Shown here one piece after another: positions 24,501 through 37,911 of a stretch of DNA of 49,522 bases. Each line of letters starts with the position of its first letter. The first letter of the stretch is position 1. The position numbers were made by a program, and so were the translations under genes. The notes below the pieces were generated by a model. That model had not been told where the DNA came from. It saw nothing but the letters and a program-made list of their open reading frames with translations, and did not search any database. This DNA comes from Octopus sinensis (Eukaryota), in contig NW_021834371.1 of NCBI RefSeq assembly GCF_006345805.1, forward strand, positions 1-49,522. The letters are read 5' to 3'.

Positions 24501-27500
24501 GAGGAGGGGGAGGAAGGGGAGGAGGGAATGTTGTACATTTCAGAGAGGGGGATTTGAGAGGTAAAGGGAGGAGGGGGTGGAAAGAATATTTAACATTCCA
24601 GGGAGGGGGATTTGAGAGGTGAAGGGGAGGAAGGGGAGGAAGGAATGTTGAACATTCCGAGAGGGGGATTTGAGAGGTGAAGGGGAGGAAGGGGTGGATG
24701 GAATGTTGAACATTCCAGAGAGGGGGATCTGAGAGGTGAAGGGGAGGAAGGGAAGAAAGGAATGTTGAACATTCCAGAGATTGGGATTTGAGAGGTGAAG
24801 GGGTGGAAGGGGAGGAAGGAATGTTGAACATTCCAGAGTGGGGGATTTGAGAGGTGAAGGGGAGTAAGGGGAGGAAGCAATGTGGAACATTCACGAGAGG
24901 AGGATTTGAGAGGTGAAGGGGAGGATGGGGAGGAAGGAATGTTGAACATTCCAGGGAGGGGGATTTGAGAGCTGAAGGAGAGGAAGGGGAGGAGGGAATG
25001 TTGAACATTCCAGAGAGAGGGATTTGAGATGTGAAGGAGAGGAAGGGGAGGAAGGAATGTTGAACATTCCAGAGAGGGTGGTTTGAAAGGTGAAGGAGAG
25101 GAAGGGGAGGAAGGAATGTTGAACATTCCAGAGAGGGGGATTTGAGAGGTGAAGGAGAGGAAGGGGAGGAAGGAATGTTGAACATTGCAGAGAGGGGGAT
25201 TTGAGAGGTGAAGGGGAGGTAGGGGAGGAAGGAATGTTAAACATTCCAGAGAGGGGGATTTGAGTGGTGAAGGGGAGAAAGGGGAGGAAGGAATGTTGAA
25301 CATTCCAGAGAGGGGGATCTGAGAGGTGAAGGGGAGGAAGGGAAGGAAGGATTGTTGAACATTCCAGGGAGGGGGATTTGAGAGGTGAAGGGGAGGAAGG
25401 GGGAAGGAATGTTGAACATTCACGATAGGGGGATTTGAGAGGTGAAGGGGAGGAAGGGGAGGAAGGAATGTTGAACATTCCAGAGAGGGGTATTTGAGAG
25501 GAGAAGGTGAGGTATGGGAGGAAGGAATGTTTAACATTCCAGGGAGGGGGATTTGAGAGGTGAAGGGGAGGAAGGGGAGGAAGGAATGTTGAACATTCCA
25601 GAGAGGGGGATTTGAGAGGTGAAGGGGAGAAAGGAGAGGAGGGAAAGTTGAACATTCCAGTAAGGGTTATTTGAGAGGTGAAATCGATGAAATGGAGGAA
25701 GGAATGTTGAACATTCCAGAGAGGGGGATTTGACAGGTGAAGGGGAGGAATGGGAGGAAGGATTGTTGAACATTCCAGAGAGGGGGATTTGAGAGGTGAA
25801 GGGGAGGAAGGATTGTTGAACATTCCAGAGAGGGGGATTTTAGATTTGAAGGGGAGGAAGGGGAGGAAGGATTGTTGAACATTCCAGAGAGGGAGATTTT
25901 AGAGTTGAAGTGGAGGATGAGGAGGAAGGATTGTTGAACATTCCAGAGAAGGGATTTGAGAGGTGAAGGGGAGGAAGGGGAGGAAGGAATGTTGAACATT
26001 CCAGAGAGGGGGATTTTAGAGTTGAAGGGGAGGAAGGAGAGGAAGGATTGTTGAACATTTCAGAGAGGGGGATTTAACAGGTGAAAAATAGGAAGGGGAG
26101 GAAAGAATGTTGAACATTCCAGAGAGGGGAATTCGAGAGGCGTAGGGGAGGAAGGTGAGAAAGGAATGTTGAACATTCCAGAGAGGGGTATTTTAGATTG
26201 AAGGCAAGGAAAGGGAGGAAGCAATGTTGAACATTCCAGAGATGGGGATTTTAGAGGTGATGGGAGGGAAGGGGAGGAAGGAATGTTGTACATTCCAGAG
26301 AGGGGGATTTGAAGGTGAAGGGAAGGAAGTTGCGGAAGGAATATTGAACATTCCAGAGAGGGGGATTTGAATGTGAAAGGGAGGAAGGGGAGGAAGGAAT
26401 ATTGAAGATTTCAGAGAGGGGGATTTGAATGTAAAGGGAGGAAGGGGAGGAAGGAATATTGAAGATTTCAGAGAGGGGGATTTGAATGTGAAAGGGAGGA
26501 AGGGGAGGAAGGAATATTGAAGATTCCAGAGAGGGGGATTTGAAGGTGAAGGGGAGGAAGGGGAGGAAGGAATATTGAACATTCCAGAGAGGGGGATTTG
26601 AAGGTGAAGGGGAGGAAGGGGAGGAAGGAATATTGAACATTCCAGAGAGGGGGATTTGAAGGGGAAGGGGAGGAAGGGGAGGAAGGAATGTTGAACATTC
26701 CAGAGAGGGGGATTTTTAGGTGAATGGGAGGAAGGCGGAGCAAGGAAAGTTTGACATTCCAGAGAGGGGGATTTGAAGGTGAAGTGGAGGAAGGGGCGAA
26801 AGGAATATTGAACATTCCAGAGAGGGGGATTTGAAGGTGAAGGGAAGGAACGGGAAGAAGGAATATTGAACATTACAGAGAGGGGGATTTGAAAGCGAAG
26901 GGGAGGATGGGGCAGAAGGAATATTGAACATTCCAGAGAGGGGTATTTGAAGGTGAAGGGGAGGAAGGGGAGGATGGAATATTGAAAATTCCAGAGAGGG
27001 GGATTTGAAGGTGAAAGAAAGGAAGCGGAGGAAGGAATGTTGAACATTCCAGAGAGGGGGATTTGAAGGTGAAGGGAAGGAACGGGAAGAAGGAATATTG
27101 AACATTCCAGAGAGAGGATTGGAGGTGAAGGCAAGGAATGGGAGGAAGAAAGTTGAACATTCCAAGAGGGGGATTTTAAGGTGAAGGGGAGGAAGTGGTG
27201 GAAGGAATATTGAACATTCCAGAGAGGGGATTTGAAGGTGAAAGAAGGAAGCGGATGAAGGAATATTGAACATTCCAAGAGGGGGATTTGAAGGTGAAGG
27301 GGAGGAAGGGGAGGAAGAATATTGAACATTCCAGAGAGGGGGATTTGGAGGTGAAGCAAGGAAGGGGAGGAAGGAATATTGAACATTCCAGAGAGGGGAT
27401 TTGAAGGTGAAGGGGAGGAAGTGGTGGAATGAATATTGAACATTCCAGAGAGGGGGATTTAAAAGGTGAAGGGGAGGAAGGGGATGAAGGAATATTGAAC

Positions 27501-30500
27501 ATTCCAGAGAGGGGGATTTGAAGGTGAAGTGGAGGAAGGGGAGGAAGGAATATTGAACATTCCAGAGAGGCGGATTTGAAGGTGAAGGGGAGGAAGGAAT
27601 ATTGAACATTCCAGAGAGGGGGATTTGAAGGTGAAGGGGAGGAAGGGGAGGAAGGAATTTTGAACATTCCAGAGAGGGGGATTTGAAGGTGAAGGGGAGG
27701 AAGGGGAGGAAGGTATATTGAACATTCCAGAGAGGGGGATGTGAAGGTGAAGGGAAGGAACGGGAAGAAGGAATATTGAACATTCCAGAGAGGGGGATTT
27801 GAAGGTGAAGTGGAGGAAGGGGAGGAAGGTATATTGAACATTCCAGAGAGGGGGATTTGAAGGTGAAGGGGAGGAAGGTGATGAAGGAATATTGAACATT
27901 CCAGAGAGGGGCATTTGAAGGTGAAGGGGAGGAAGGGGCAGAAGGAATATTGAACATACCAGAGAGGGAGATATGAAGGTGAAGTGAAGGAAGGGGAATA
28001 AGAAATATTGAACAATCCAGAGAGGGGGATTTCAAGGTGAAGGGGAGGAAGGGGAGGAAGGAATATTGAACATTCCGGAGAGGGGGATTTGAAGGTGAAG
28101 GGAAGGAACGGGAAGAAGGAATATTGAACATTCCAGAGAGAGGGATTTGGAGGTGAAGGCAAGGAAGGTGAGGAAGGAATATTGAACATTCCAGAGAGGG
28201 GGATTTGAAGGTGAAGGGGAGGAAGTGGTGGAAGGAATATTGAACATTCCAGAGAGGGGGATTTGAAGGTGAAAGAAAGGAAGCGGAGGAAGGAATATTG
28301 AACATTCCAGAGAGGGGGATTTGAAGGTGAAGGGGAGGAAGGGAAGGAAGGAATATTGAACATTCCAGAGAGGGGGATTTGGAGGTGAAGGCAAGGAAGG
28401 GGAGGAAGGAATATTGAACATTCCAGAGAGGGGGATTTGAAGGTGAAGGGGAGGAAGTGGTGGAAGGAATATGAACATTCCAGAGAGGGGGATTTGAAGG
28501 TGAAGGGGAGGAAGGGAAGGAAGGAATATTGAACATTCCAGAGAGGGGGATTTGAAGGTGAAGGGGAGGAAGGGGAGGAAGGAATATTGAACATTCCAGA
28601 GAGGGGGATTTGAAGGTGAAGGGGAGGAAGTGGTGGAAGGAATATTGAACATTCCAGAGAGGGGGATTTGAAGGTGAAGGGGAGGAAGGGGATGAAGGAA
28701 TATTGAACATTCCAGAGAGGGGGATTTGAAGGTGAAGTGGAGGAAGGGGAGGAAGGAATATTGAACATTCCAGAGAGGCGGATTTGAAGGTGAAGGGGAG
28801 GAAGGAATATTGAACATTCCAGAGAGGGGGATTTGAAGGTGAAGGGGAGGAAGGGGAGGAAGGAATTTTGAACATCCAGAGAGGGGATTTGAGGTGAAGG
28901 GGAGGAAGAAGGGAGGAAGGTATATTGAACATTCCAGAGAGGGGGATGTGAAGGTGAAGGGAAGGAACGGGAAGAAGGAATATTGAACATTCCAGAGAGG
29001 GGGATTTGAAGGTGAAGTGGAGGAAGGGGAGGAAGTATATTGAAATTCCAGAGAGGGGGATTTGAGGTGAAGGGGAGGAAGGTGATGAAGGAATATTGAA
29101 CATTCCAGACGGGGGCATTTTGAAGGTGAAGGGGAGGAGGAAGGGCAGAAGGAATATTGAACATACCAGAGAGGGAGATATGAAGGTGAAGTGAAGGAAG
29201 GGGGAATAAGAAATATTGAACAATCCAGAGAGGGGGATTTCAAGGTGAAGGGGAGGAAGGGGAGGAAGGAATATGAACATTCCGGAGAGGGGGATTTGAG
29301 GTGAAGGGGAGGGAAGAAAGGACGGAAGAAGGAATATTGAACATTCCAGAGAGAGGGATTTGGAGGTGAAGGCAAGGAAGAGGTGAGGAAGGAATATTGA
29401 ACATTCCAGAGAGGGGATTTGAAGGTGAAGGGGAGGAAGTGGTGGAAGGAATATTGAACATTCCAGAGAGGGGGATTTGAAGGTGAAAGAAAGGAAGCGG
29501 AGGAAGGAATATTGAACATTCCAGAGAGGGGGATTTGAAGGTGAAGGGGAGGAAGGGAAGGAAGGAATATTGAACATTCCAGAGAGGGGGATTTGGAGGT
29601 GAAGGCAGGAAAGGGGAGGAAGGAATATGAACATTCCAGAGAGGGGATTTGAAGGTGAAGGGGAGGAAGTGGTGGAAGGAATATGAACATTCCAGAGAGG
29701 GGGATTTGAAGGTGAAGGGGAGGAAGGAAAGGAAGGAATATTGAACATTCCAGAGAGGGGGATTTGAAGGTGAAGTGGAGGAAGGGGAGGAGGAAGGAAT
29801 ATGAACATTCCAGAGAGGGGGATTTGAAGGTGAAGGGGAGGAAGGGAAGGAAGGAATATTGAACATTCCAGAGAGGGGGATTTGAAGGTGAAGGAGAGGA
29901 AGGGGAGGAAGGAATATTGAACATTCCAGAGAGGGGGACTTGAAGGGTAAGGGGAGGAAGGGAAGGAAGGAATATTGAACATTCCAGAGAGGGGGATTTG
30001 AAGGTGAAGGGTAGGAAGCGGAGGAAGCAATATTGAACATTCCAGAGAGGGGGATTTGAAGGTGAAGGGGAGGAAGGGGAGGAAGGAATATTGAACATTC
30101 CAGAGAGGGGGATTTGAAGGGTAATGGGAGGACGGGGAATAATGAATATTGAACATTCCAGAGAGGGGGATTTGAAGGTGAAGGGAAGGAACGGGAAGAA
30201 GGAATATTGAACATTCCAGAGAGGGGGATTTGAAGGTGAAGGGGAGGAAGGAGCAGAAGGAATATTGAACATTCCAGAGAGGGAGATATGAAGGTGAAGG
30301 GAAGGAACGGGAATAAGAAATATTGAACAATCCAGAGAGGGGGATTTCAAGGTGAAGGGGAGGAAGGGGAGGAAGGAATATTGAACATTCCAGAGAGGGG
30401 GATTTGAAGGTGAAGGGAAGGAACGGGAAGAAGGAATATTGAACATTCCAGAGAGGGGGATTTGAAGGTGAAGGGGAGGAAGGGGAAGAAGGAATATTGA

Positions 30501-33055
30501 ACATTCCAGAGAGGGGGATTTGAAGGTGAAGGAGAGGAAGGGGAGGAAGGAATATTGAACATTCCAGAGAGGGGGACTTGAAGGGTAAGGGGAGGAAGGG
30601 GAGAGGAGTATGAATATTGAACATTCCAGAGAGGGGGATTTGAAGGGAAGGAAGGAAGGGAAGGAAGGGAAGAAGGAATATTGAACATTCCAGAGAGGGG
30701 ATTTGAAGGTGAAGGGGAGGAAGGGGAGGAAGGAATATTGAACATTCCAGAGAGGGGGATTTGAAGGTGAAGGAGAGGAAGGGGAGGAAGGAATATTGAA
30801 CATTCCAGAGAGGGGGACTTGAAGGGTAAGGGGTGGAAGGGAAGGAAGGAAGATATTGAAATTCCAGAGAGGGGATTTGAAGGTGAAGGGAAGGAACGGG
30901 AAGAAGGAATATTGAACATTCCAGAGAGGGGGATATGAAGGTGAAGGGGAGGAAGGGAAGGAAGGAATATTGAACATTCCAGAGAGGGGGATTTGAAGGT
31001 GAAGGAGAGGAAGGGGAGGAAGGAATATTGAACATTCGAGAGAGGGGGACTTGAAGGTTAAGGGGAGGAAGGGAAGGAAGGAATTGAACATTCAGAGAGG
31101 GGGATTGGGAAGGTGAAGGGAAGAAGGACGGGGAGAAGGAATATTGAACATTCCAGAGAGGGGGATTTGAAGGTGAAGGGAGGAAGGGAAGGAAGGAATA
31201 TTGAACATTCCAGAGAGGGGGATTTGAAGGTGAAGGGGAGGAAGGGGAGGAAGGAATATTGAACATTCCAGAGAGGGGGATTTGAAGGTGAAGGAGAGGA
31301 AGGGAAGGAGGGAATATTGAACATTCCAGAGAGGGGGACTTGAAGGTGAAGTGAAGGAACGGGAAGAAGGAATATTGAACATTCCAGAGAGGGGGATTTG
31401 AAGGTGAAGGGAAGGAACGGAAAGAAGGAATATTGAACATTCCAAAGAGGGGGATTTGAAGGTGAAGGGGAGGAAGGGGCGAAAGGAATATTGAACATTC
31501 AAGAGAGGGAGATTTAAAGGTGATGGGAAGGAACGGGAAGAAGAAATATTGAACTTTCCAGAGAAAGGGATTTGAAGGTGGAGTTGACGAACGGGAAGTA
31601 GGAATATTGAACATTCCAGAGAGAGGGATTTGAAGGTGAAGGGGAGAACCGTGATTAAGGCATGTTGGACATTCCAGAGAGGGGGATCCGAAGGTGAAGG
31701 GGAGGAAGGAATATTGAACATTCCAGAGAGGAGGATTTTAGAGGTGAATTGTAGGAAGGCGAGGAAGGATTTTTGAACATTCCTGAGAGGGGGATTTGAA
31801 GGTGAAGGGGAGGAAGGTGTGGAAGGAATGTTGAACATTCCAGAGGGGAGATTTGAGAGGTGAAGTGAGGAAGGGAAGGAAGGAATGTTGAACATTCCAG
31901 AGGGGGGATTTGAGAGGTGAATTGGAGGAAGGGGAGGAAGGAATGTTTAACATTCCAGAGAGGGGGATTTGAAGGTGAAGGGGAGGAAGGGGTGGAAGGA
32001 ATATTGAACATTCCAGACATGGGGATTTTAGAGGTGATGGGGAGGAAGGCGAGGCAGGATTGTTTAACATTCCTGAGAGGGTGATTTGAAGGTGAAGGGG
32101 TGGAAGTGGTGTAAGGAATGTTGAACATTCCAGAGGGGTGATGTGAGAGGTGAAGGGGAGGAAGGGGAGGAATCAATGTTGAACATTCCAGAGGGGGGAT
32201 GTGAGAGGTGAAATGGAGGAAGGGGCGGAAGTAATGTTGAACATTCCAGAGAGGGGGATTTGAGAGGTGAAAGTGAGGAAGGGGAGGAAGGAATGTTTAA
32301 CATTCCAGAGAGGCGTATTTGAGAGGTGAAGGGGTGGAAGTGGAGGTAGGAATGTTGAACGTTCCAGAGTGATGGATTTGAGAGGTGAAGGGGAGGAAGG
32401 GGAGGAAGGAATGTTGAGTATTTCAGAGTGGGGTATTTGTAAGGTGAAGTGGAGGCAGGGAGGAACGAATGTGAACATTCTAGAGAGGGGGATGTGAGAG
32501 GCGAAGGTGTGGAAGGGGAGGAGTAATATAGAACAATTTAGAGTGGGGGGATTTGAAGGTGAAGGGGAGGAAGGGGAGGAAGCAGAGGGGTTAACGTTGA
32601 ACATTCTATAGAAGTGGATTTGAGAGGGAAGTGGAAGAATTGAATGGTGCAATGCTGATATACTAGAGAGGGTGAGTTGAAGGGGAAGGGGGGAGGAAGG
32701 GGAGTGAAGAATGTTGATCATTTCAGAGATGTGTATTTCAGAGGTGAAGGGGAGGAAGAGGATGAAGGAAGTTTGAACATTTCAGAGAGGGGGATTTGAG
32801 AAGAGAAGGTGAGGAAGGGGAGGGAGGAATATTGAACATTCCAAAGAGGGTTTTCTGCGAGGTGAATGGGAGGATAGGGAGGAAGGAATGTTGAACATTC
32901 TAGAGATGGGGATTTGTGACGGAAGGGTAAGGTCTATTTGAGAAAGGTAAGTTGAGGAAGTAATCTCGACCATTCCATAGATGGTTGTTTGAGATGAGTA
33001 TTGTAGGATAGGTTGGAAGGGGGCAATGGAAGGAAGGGGTGGAATTGGTGGAATG
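21510..33055 (+). repeat. ~11.5 kb purine-rich satellite/minisatellite, 58-59 bp unit, roughly 195-200 copies
   Basis: Unit GGAAT(G/A)TTGAACATTCCAGAGAGGGGGATTTGA(G)AGGTGAAGGGGAGGAAGGGGAGGAA; copy number estimated as length divided by unit length. Confidence 0.97.
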
Positions 33056-33262
33056 AAATCCCCCTCTTCTGGAATGTTCAACATTCCTTCCTCTGCTTCC
33101 TACCCTTCACTTCTCAAATCCCCCTCTGGGGAATGTTCAACATTCCTTCCCCACCTTCAATTCTCAAATCCTTCTCTCTGGAATATTGAACATTCCTTCC
33201 TCTCCTTCCTCCCCTCCACCTTTAAAATACCCCTCTCTAGAATGTTCAACATTCCTCCCCCA
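33056..33262 (-). repeat. Inverted block of ~3.5 satellite units
   Basis: aaatccccctcttctggaatgttcaacattccttcc... is the reverse complement of the unit. Confidence 0.92.
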
Positions 33263-33589
33263 TATTCTCGCTATTTTATTATAAGTGCGACTTGAATTTC
33301 TTCCATATTCTAACTGCTAAAATATTAAAAAAATTTACATTAATTTATCCTACCTTTTGAAATTCCATATATTTTCTTGTCCAGCTGAAGATAGTATTGC
33401 ATTTGAATTGATATAATGACAGCATTGTTCAATTAAATTGGGTCGCTTGAAACGGTCGTACTGCATTACAACTCGATATCCTACTGCTTCTTTTGATTTT
33501 GTTCACCTTACTTCGAGCTATGCGGATATTACCGGACTGAATTGATGCTTCAACTCAAGTACGGAATCTTAATTATTTCTTAAACGCAC

Positions 33590-34480
<891 letters not shown>

Positions 34481-34663
34481 GAAAGAGAGGGCGTTGAGAA
34501 AGTGAAAGAGACATGGTAGTTCAAGAAGAATGAGAAAGGGAGGGAGAGTTTAAAAGATATAGGAGACAAAAATGATAAACGAGTGTGTATGTATGCATGT
34601 GTGTGTATGTGTGTGCGTGTGTGCGCATGAGCGAAAGCGTGTGTACTTCTGTTCTTATATATA

Positions 34664-35926
34664 CAGCCTTGGCTAGAAGTACTAGACCACCCCAATGTTT
34701 AGGGGTTCCGCTATCACAACGTTAATGAAACTCGTGCTCATGGTAGACTATGGTATATTTCGCAATATACAGTAGTTCTATTATCTGGTTGACCCTTCTT
34801 TAGCATCAATTACCTATTTCTTTACTACCCACAAGGGGATACACACAAAGGGGACAAACAAGGACAGACAAACGGATTAAGTCGATTACATCGACCCCAG
34901 TGCGTAACTGGTACTTAATTTATCGGCCCCAAATTGATGAAAGGCAAAGTCGACCTCAGCGGAATTTGAACTCAGAACGTAGCGGCAGACGAAATACCTA
35001 TTTCTTTACTACCCACAAGAGGCTACACACAAAGGGGACAAACAAGGACAGACAAAGGGATTAAGTCGATTACATCGACCCCAGTGCGTAACTGGTACTT
35101 AATTTATCGACCCCAAAAGGATGAAAGGCAAAGTCAACCTCAGCGGAATTTGAACTCAGAACGTAGCGGCAGACGAAATACCAATTTCTTTACTACCCAC
35201 AAGAGGCTACACACAAAGGGGACAAATAAGGACAGACAAAGGGATTAAGTCGATTACATCGACCCCAGTGCGTAACTGGTACTTAATTTATCGGCCCCAA
35301 AAGGATGAAAGGCAAAGTCGACCTCAGCGGAATTTGACCTCAGAACGTAGCGGCAGACGAAATATCTATTTCTTTACTACCCAGAAGGGGCTACACACAA
35401 AGGGGACAAACAAGGACAGACAAAGTGATTAAGTCGATTACATCGACCACAGTGCGTAACTGGTACTTAATTTATCAACACCAAAAGGATGAAAAGCAAA
35501 GTCGACCTCAGCGGTATTTGAACTCAGAACGTAGCGGCAGACGAAATACTGCTTAGCATTTCGCCCGGCGTGCTAACGATTCTGCCAAAACACCGCCTTC
35601 AATTAGCATCAATTACGATTTTTATACTGTATTGGACACATGCAACCAATTATGAGTAAAACCAACGTCCAAAATTAACTCATGTTTCCTTGATTCTTTC
35701 AGAGTTAATATAAGTTAATTTTGGATGTTGGTCTAACTTATAATTGGTTGCGTATCTACAGTACAGTATAAAATCGGTAATTGATGCTAAAGGAGGGTCC
35801 ACCAGATATTGAAACTAATGTATTTTGTTAAATATACCATAGTCTACCATGTGCACGAGTTTCATTAACATTGTGATAGCAGAACCCCAAAACATTGGGG
35901 TGGCCTAATACTTTTGGCCAAGGCTG
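34664..35926. mobile_element. Tc1/mariner-like foldback MITE (~460 bp without the insert), interrupted by a SINE-B tetramer
   Basis: TA|cagccttggctagaagtactagaccaccccaatg... and ...cattggggtggcctaatacttttggccaaggctg|TA; arms stay complementary for ~200 bp once the SINE is removed. Confidence 0.88.
34814..35599 (-). mobile_element. SINE-B tetramer: one head plus four ~184-bp bodies
   Basis: Units start at ~34814, 34999, 35183 and 35367; TSD ttagcatcaattac at 34800-34813 and 35603-35616. Confidence 0.92.
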
Positions 35927-36199
35927 TACATTGTGCATATGCATGGGTAAATGCACATCTATGTGGATGTGTTAGAGAGACAAAGAGAGATTGAGACACA
36001 GGTTGAGAGAGAGAGAGAGAAAGAGAGAGGAAGATAGATAGATAGAGAGAGAGCGATGGAGAGAAGGAGTAAAGGTATTACATACTCCAAGTGTGTTACA
36101 TACTAAGAAGGGAAACAGAGAAAGCGAATAAAATCTCAAAGACAGAAACTAAGGTGCCTTGCGATAAAAAGGGACTGTGTTTACGTACATAAACGAACA

Positions 36200-36330
36200 C
36201 ACCGAAGAGCGTAGGCTCGAAACGTAAAAGACTTCTTCTATTTCTATTCCTGAGCGCTATACTAATACATTTGTTTGTTTGTACTCCACCTGCCTTCGTC
36301 TTTTGTTTATTTTCGTAATTTTCCCGTTAT
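36200..36330 (+). mobile_element. Second copy of the Penelope-terminal-repeat-like element
   Basis: cgaagagcgtaggctcgaaacgtaaaagac...ctaatacatttgtttg...ccttcgtcttttg; homologous to 2215-2335. Confidence 0.5.
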
Positions 36331-36354
36331 TTAAAATCAAATATATGTCTAGTA

Positions 36355-36804
36355 CAGTGTTTCCCACCGTGGGGCGTTGGAATATTGGAGCGGAGCATGC
36401 GTTAGCGTGGGTTGTGAAATTTTGTGCAAGTGACTTGAGCGCACACTTGTTGACCCTAAGGCTATCTTTGAACACTGAAATGAAAAAAACCTCGCCATGC
36501 AATATTTATACTTAAACCACAGGAATCGATGTAGCTATGACCAATCAGCATACGGGTGAGGCATCTGCATTTGTTAACCGTTTGTTTCTCTGTTTCAATA
36601 TCTATTGTCCAGTGTCAAGCTTTTATAAAAGCAGTAGTGAACTCCGCTCACTATTGAGTCGTGGTATCCGTCAACCAGGTAATTGAAGATCGTGTTTCTA
36701 TATTAAAAGAAAAATGTTGATAGGTACCGATTTTTTTTAAAAAGTGGGGCACCGAAAATTTTGTTATTAAAAAGGGGCACCGGAAAAAATGTTGGGAAAC
36801 ACTG
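36355..36804. mobile_element. hAT (Charlie-like) MITE, 450 bp
   Basis: 12-bp TIR cagtgtttccca/tgggaaacactg with an exact 8-bp TSD gtctagta on both sides. Confidence 0.92.
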
Positions 36805-37681
36805 GTCTAGTACCTACTGTAGCACAGATTCGATCTGGTATCCAGGTGAACTTCGGTTGAAGTTGAGGTAGCAAAAGAGCCGAAGTATCAAGCCTTTTGA
36901 GTCACGTAAATACTTGGAAAGTCTGAAAAATGGGGGAGATAGCTAGCAACCTTGTCTTAGACCTGCGCTTTTTTCTGATCAGTCAATCAGCCGGCCATTT
37001 ATAATTAGTATAGCACGTCCGGTTTTGCTGGTAGGTTCCCCTATAATTCTTTACAGTGGTTTTGCGATTAATGCTGTCCTCATCCTCTATAAAGCCTTCT
37101 GTCAGATCCTGTCGAAAGAAGCCCTGGAGTCGATGACGTTGGAGTGCATGAGCAATTAGTGGTCTTTTGATTTTGAAAGCATCGATTGTACGTCTACCTG
37201 GGTCTTAAACCAGACTGATTTTCGCTCGTTACTTTTTCGGCTTTTCCTTTCATTCTGCTGAAGACGATTTTACTGAACACTTTGCCCCTGTTAGTATTAA
37301 CAAAAGAAAACAGCAAAAAAAACAACAAAAACACTCTGAAGTCTTCGGGATTTCTCATATATTGGACTTACCGTTATACTGTAGAAGCAGTATGACATAA
37401 TGTGTAAGAAACTCACCTCGCTACTATCAGGTTCGATCCCACTGCGTGCATGTTAAGCAAACATAATTTTCTTTAACCTTGGGTCGACGTAATCTTGTGC
37501 GCGAAACTGGCTAGACGGAACTGTATAGAAGCCTGGTTGGTGGATTGTACCCGTTATTCAAAAGATACAGTCTTGAAAAGATGTGATAGCTATACTAGAA
37601 GGTCATTGATCGTACGTTTGCTCAATCAGAACTGATCTAGGGACCAACTAAGAATAGCTACGATAGAAATGTATAGAGTTG

Positions 37682-37839
37682 TAGGAGTGGCTATGTGGTA
37701 AGTAGCTTGCTTACCAACCACATGGTTCTAGGTTCAGTCCCACTGCGTGGCACCTTGGGCATGTGTCTTCTACTATAGCCTCGAGCTGACCAAGCCTTGT
37801 GAGTGGATTTGGTAGACAGAAACTGAAAGAAGCCCGTCG

Positions 37840-37873
<34 letters not shown>

Positions 37874-37879
37874 TGTATG

Positions 37880-37911
<32 letters not shown>

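Noticed and set aside
21461-33295. Very long ORFs (up to 1632 aa) rich in P/S/F/L on the minus strand
   Set aside because: They are translations of the pyrimidine-rich satellite strand, which rarely forms stop codons. They are open in several frames at once and show no domain.
21500-33300. Whole satellite as a Foldback-type transposon with modular TIRs
   Set aside because: The outer unique termini do not match as inverted repeats, and no TSD was found.
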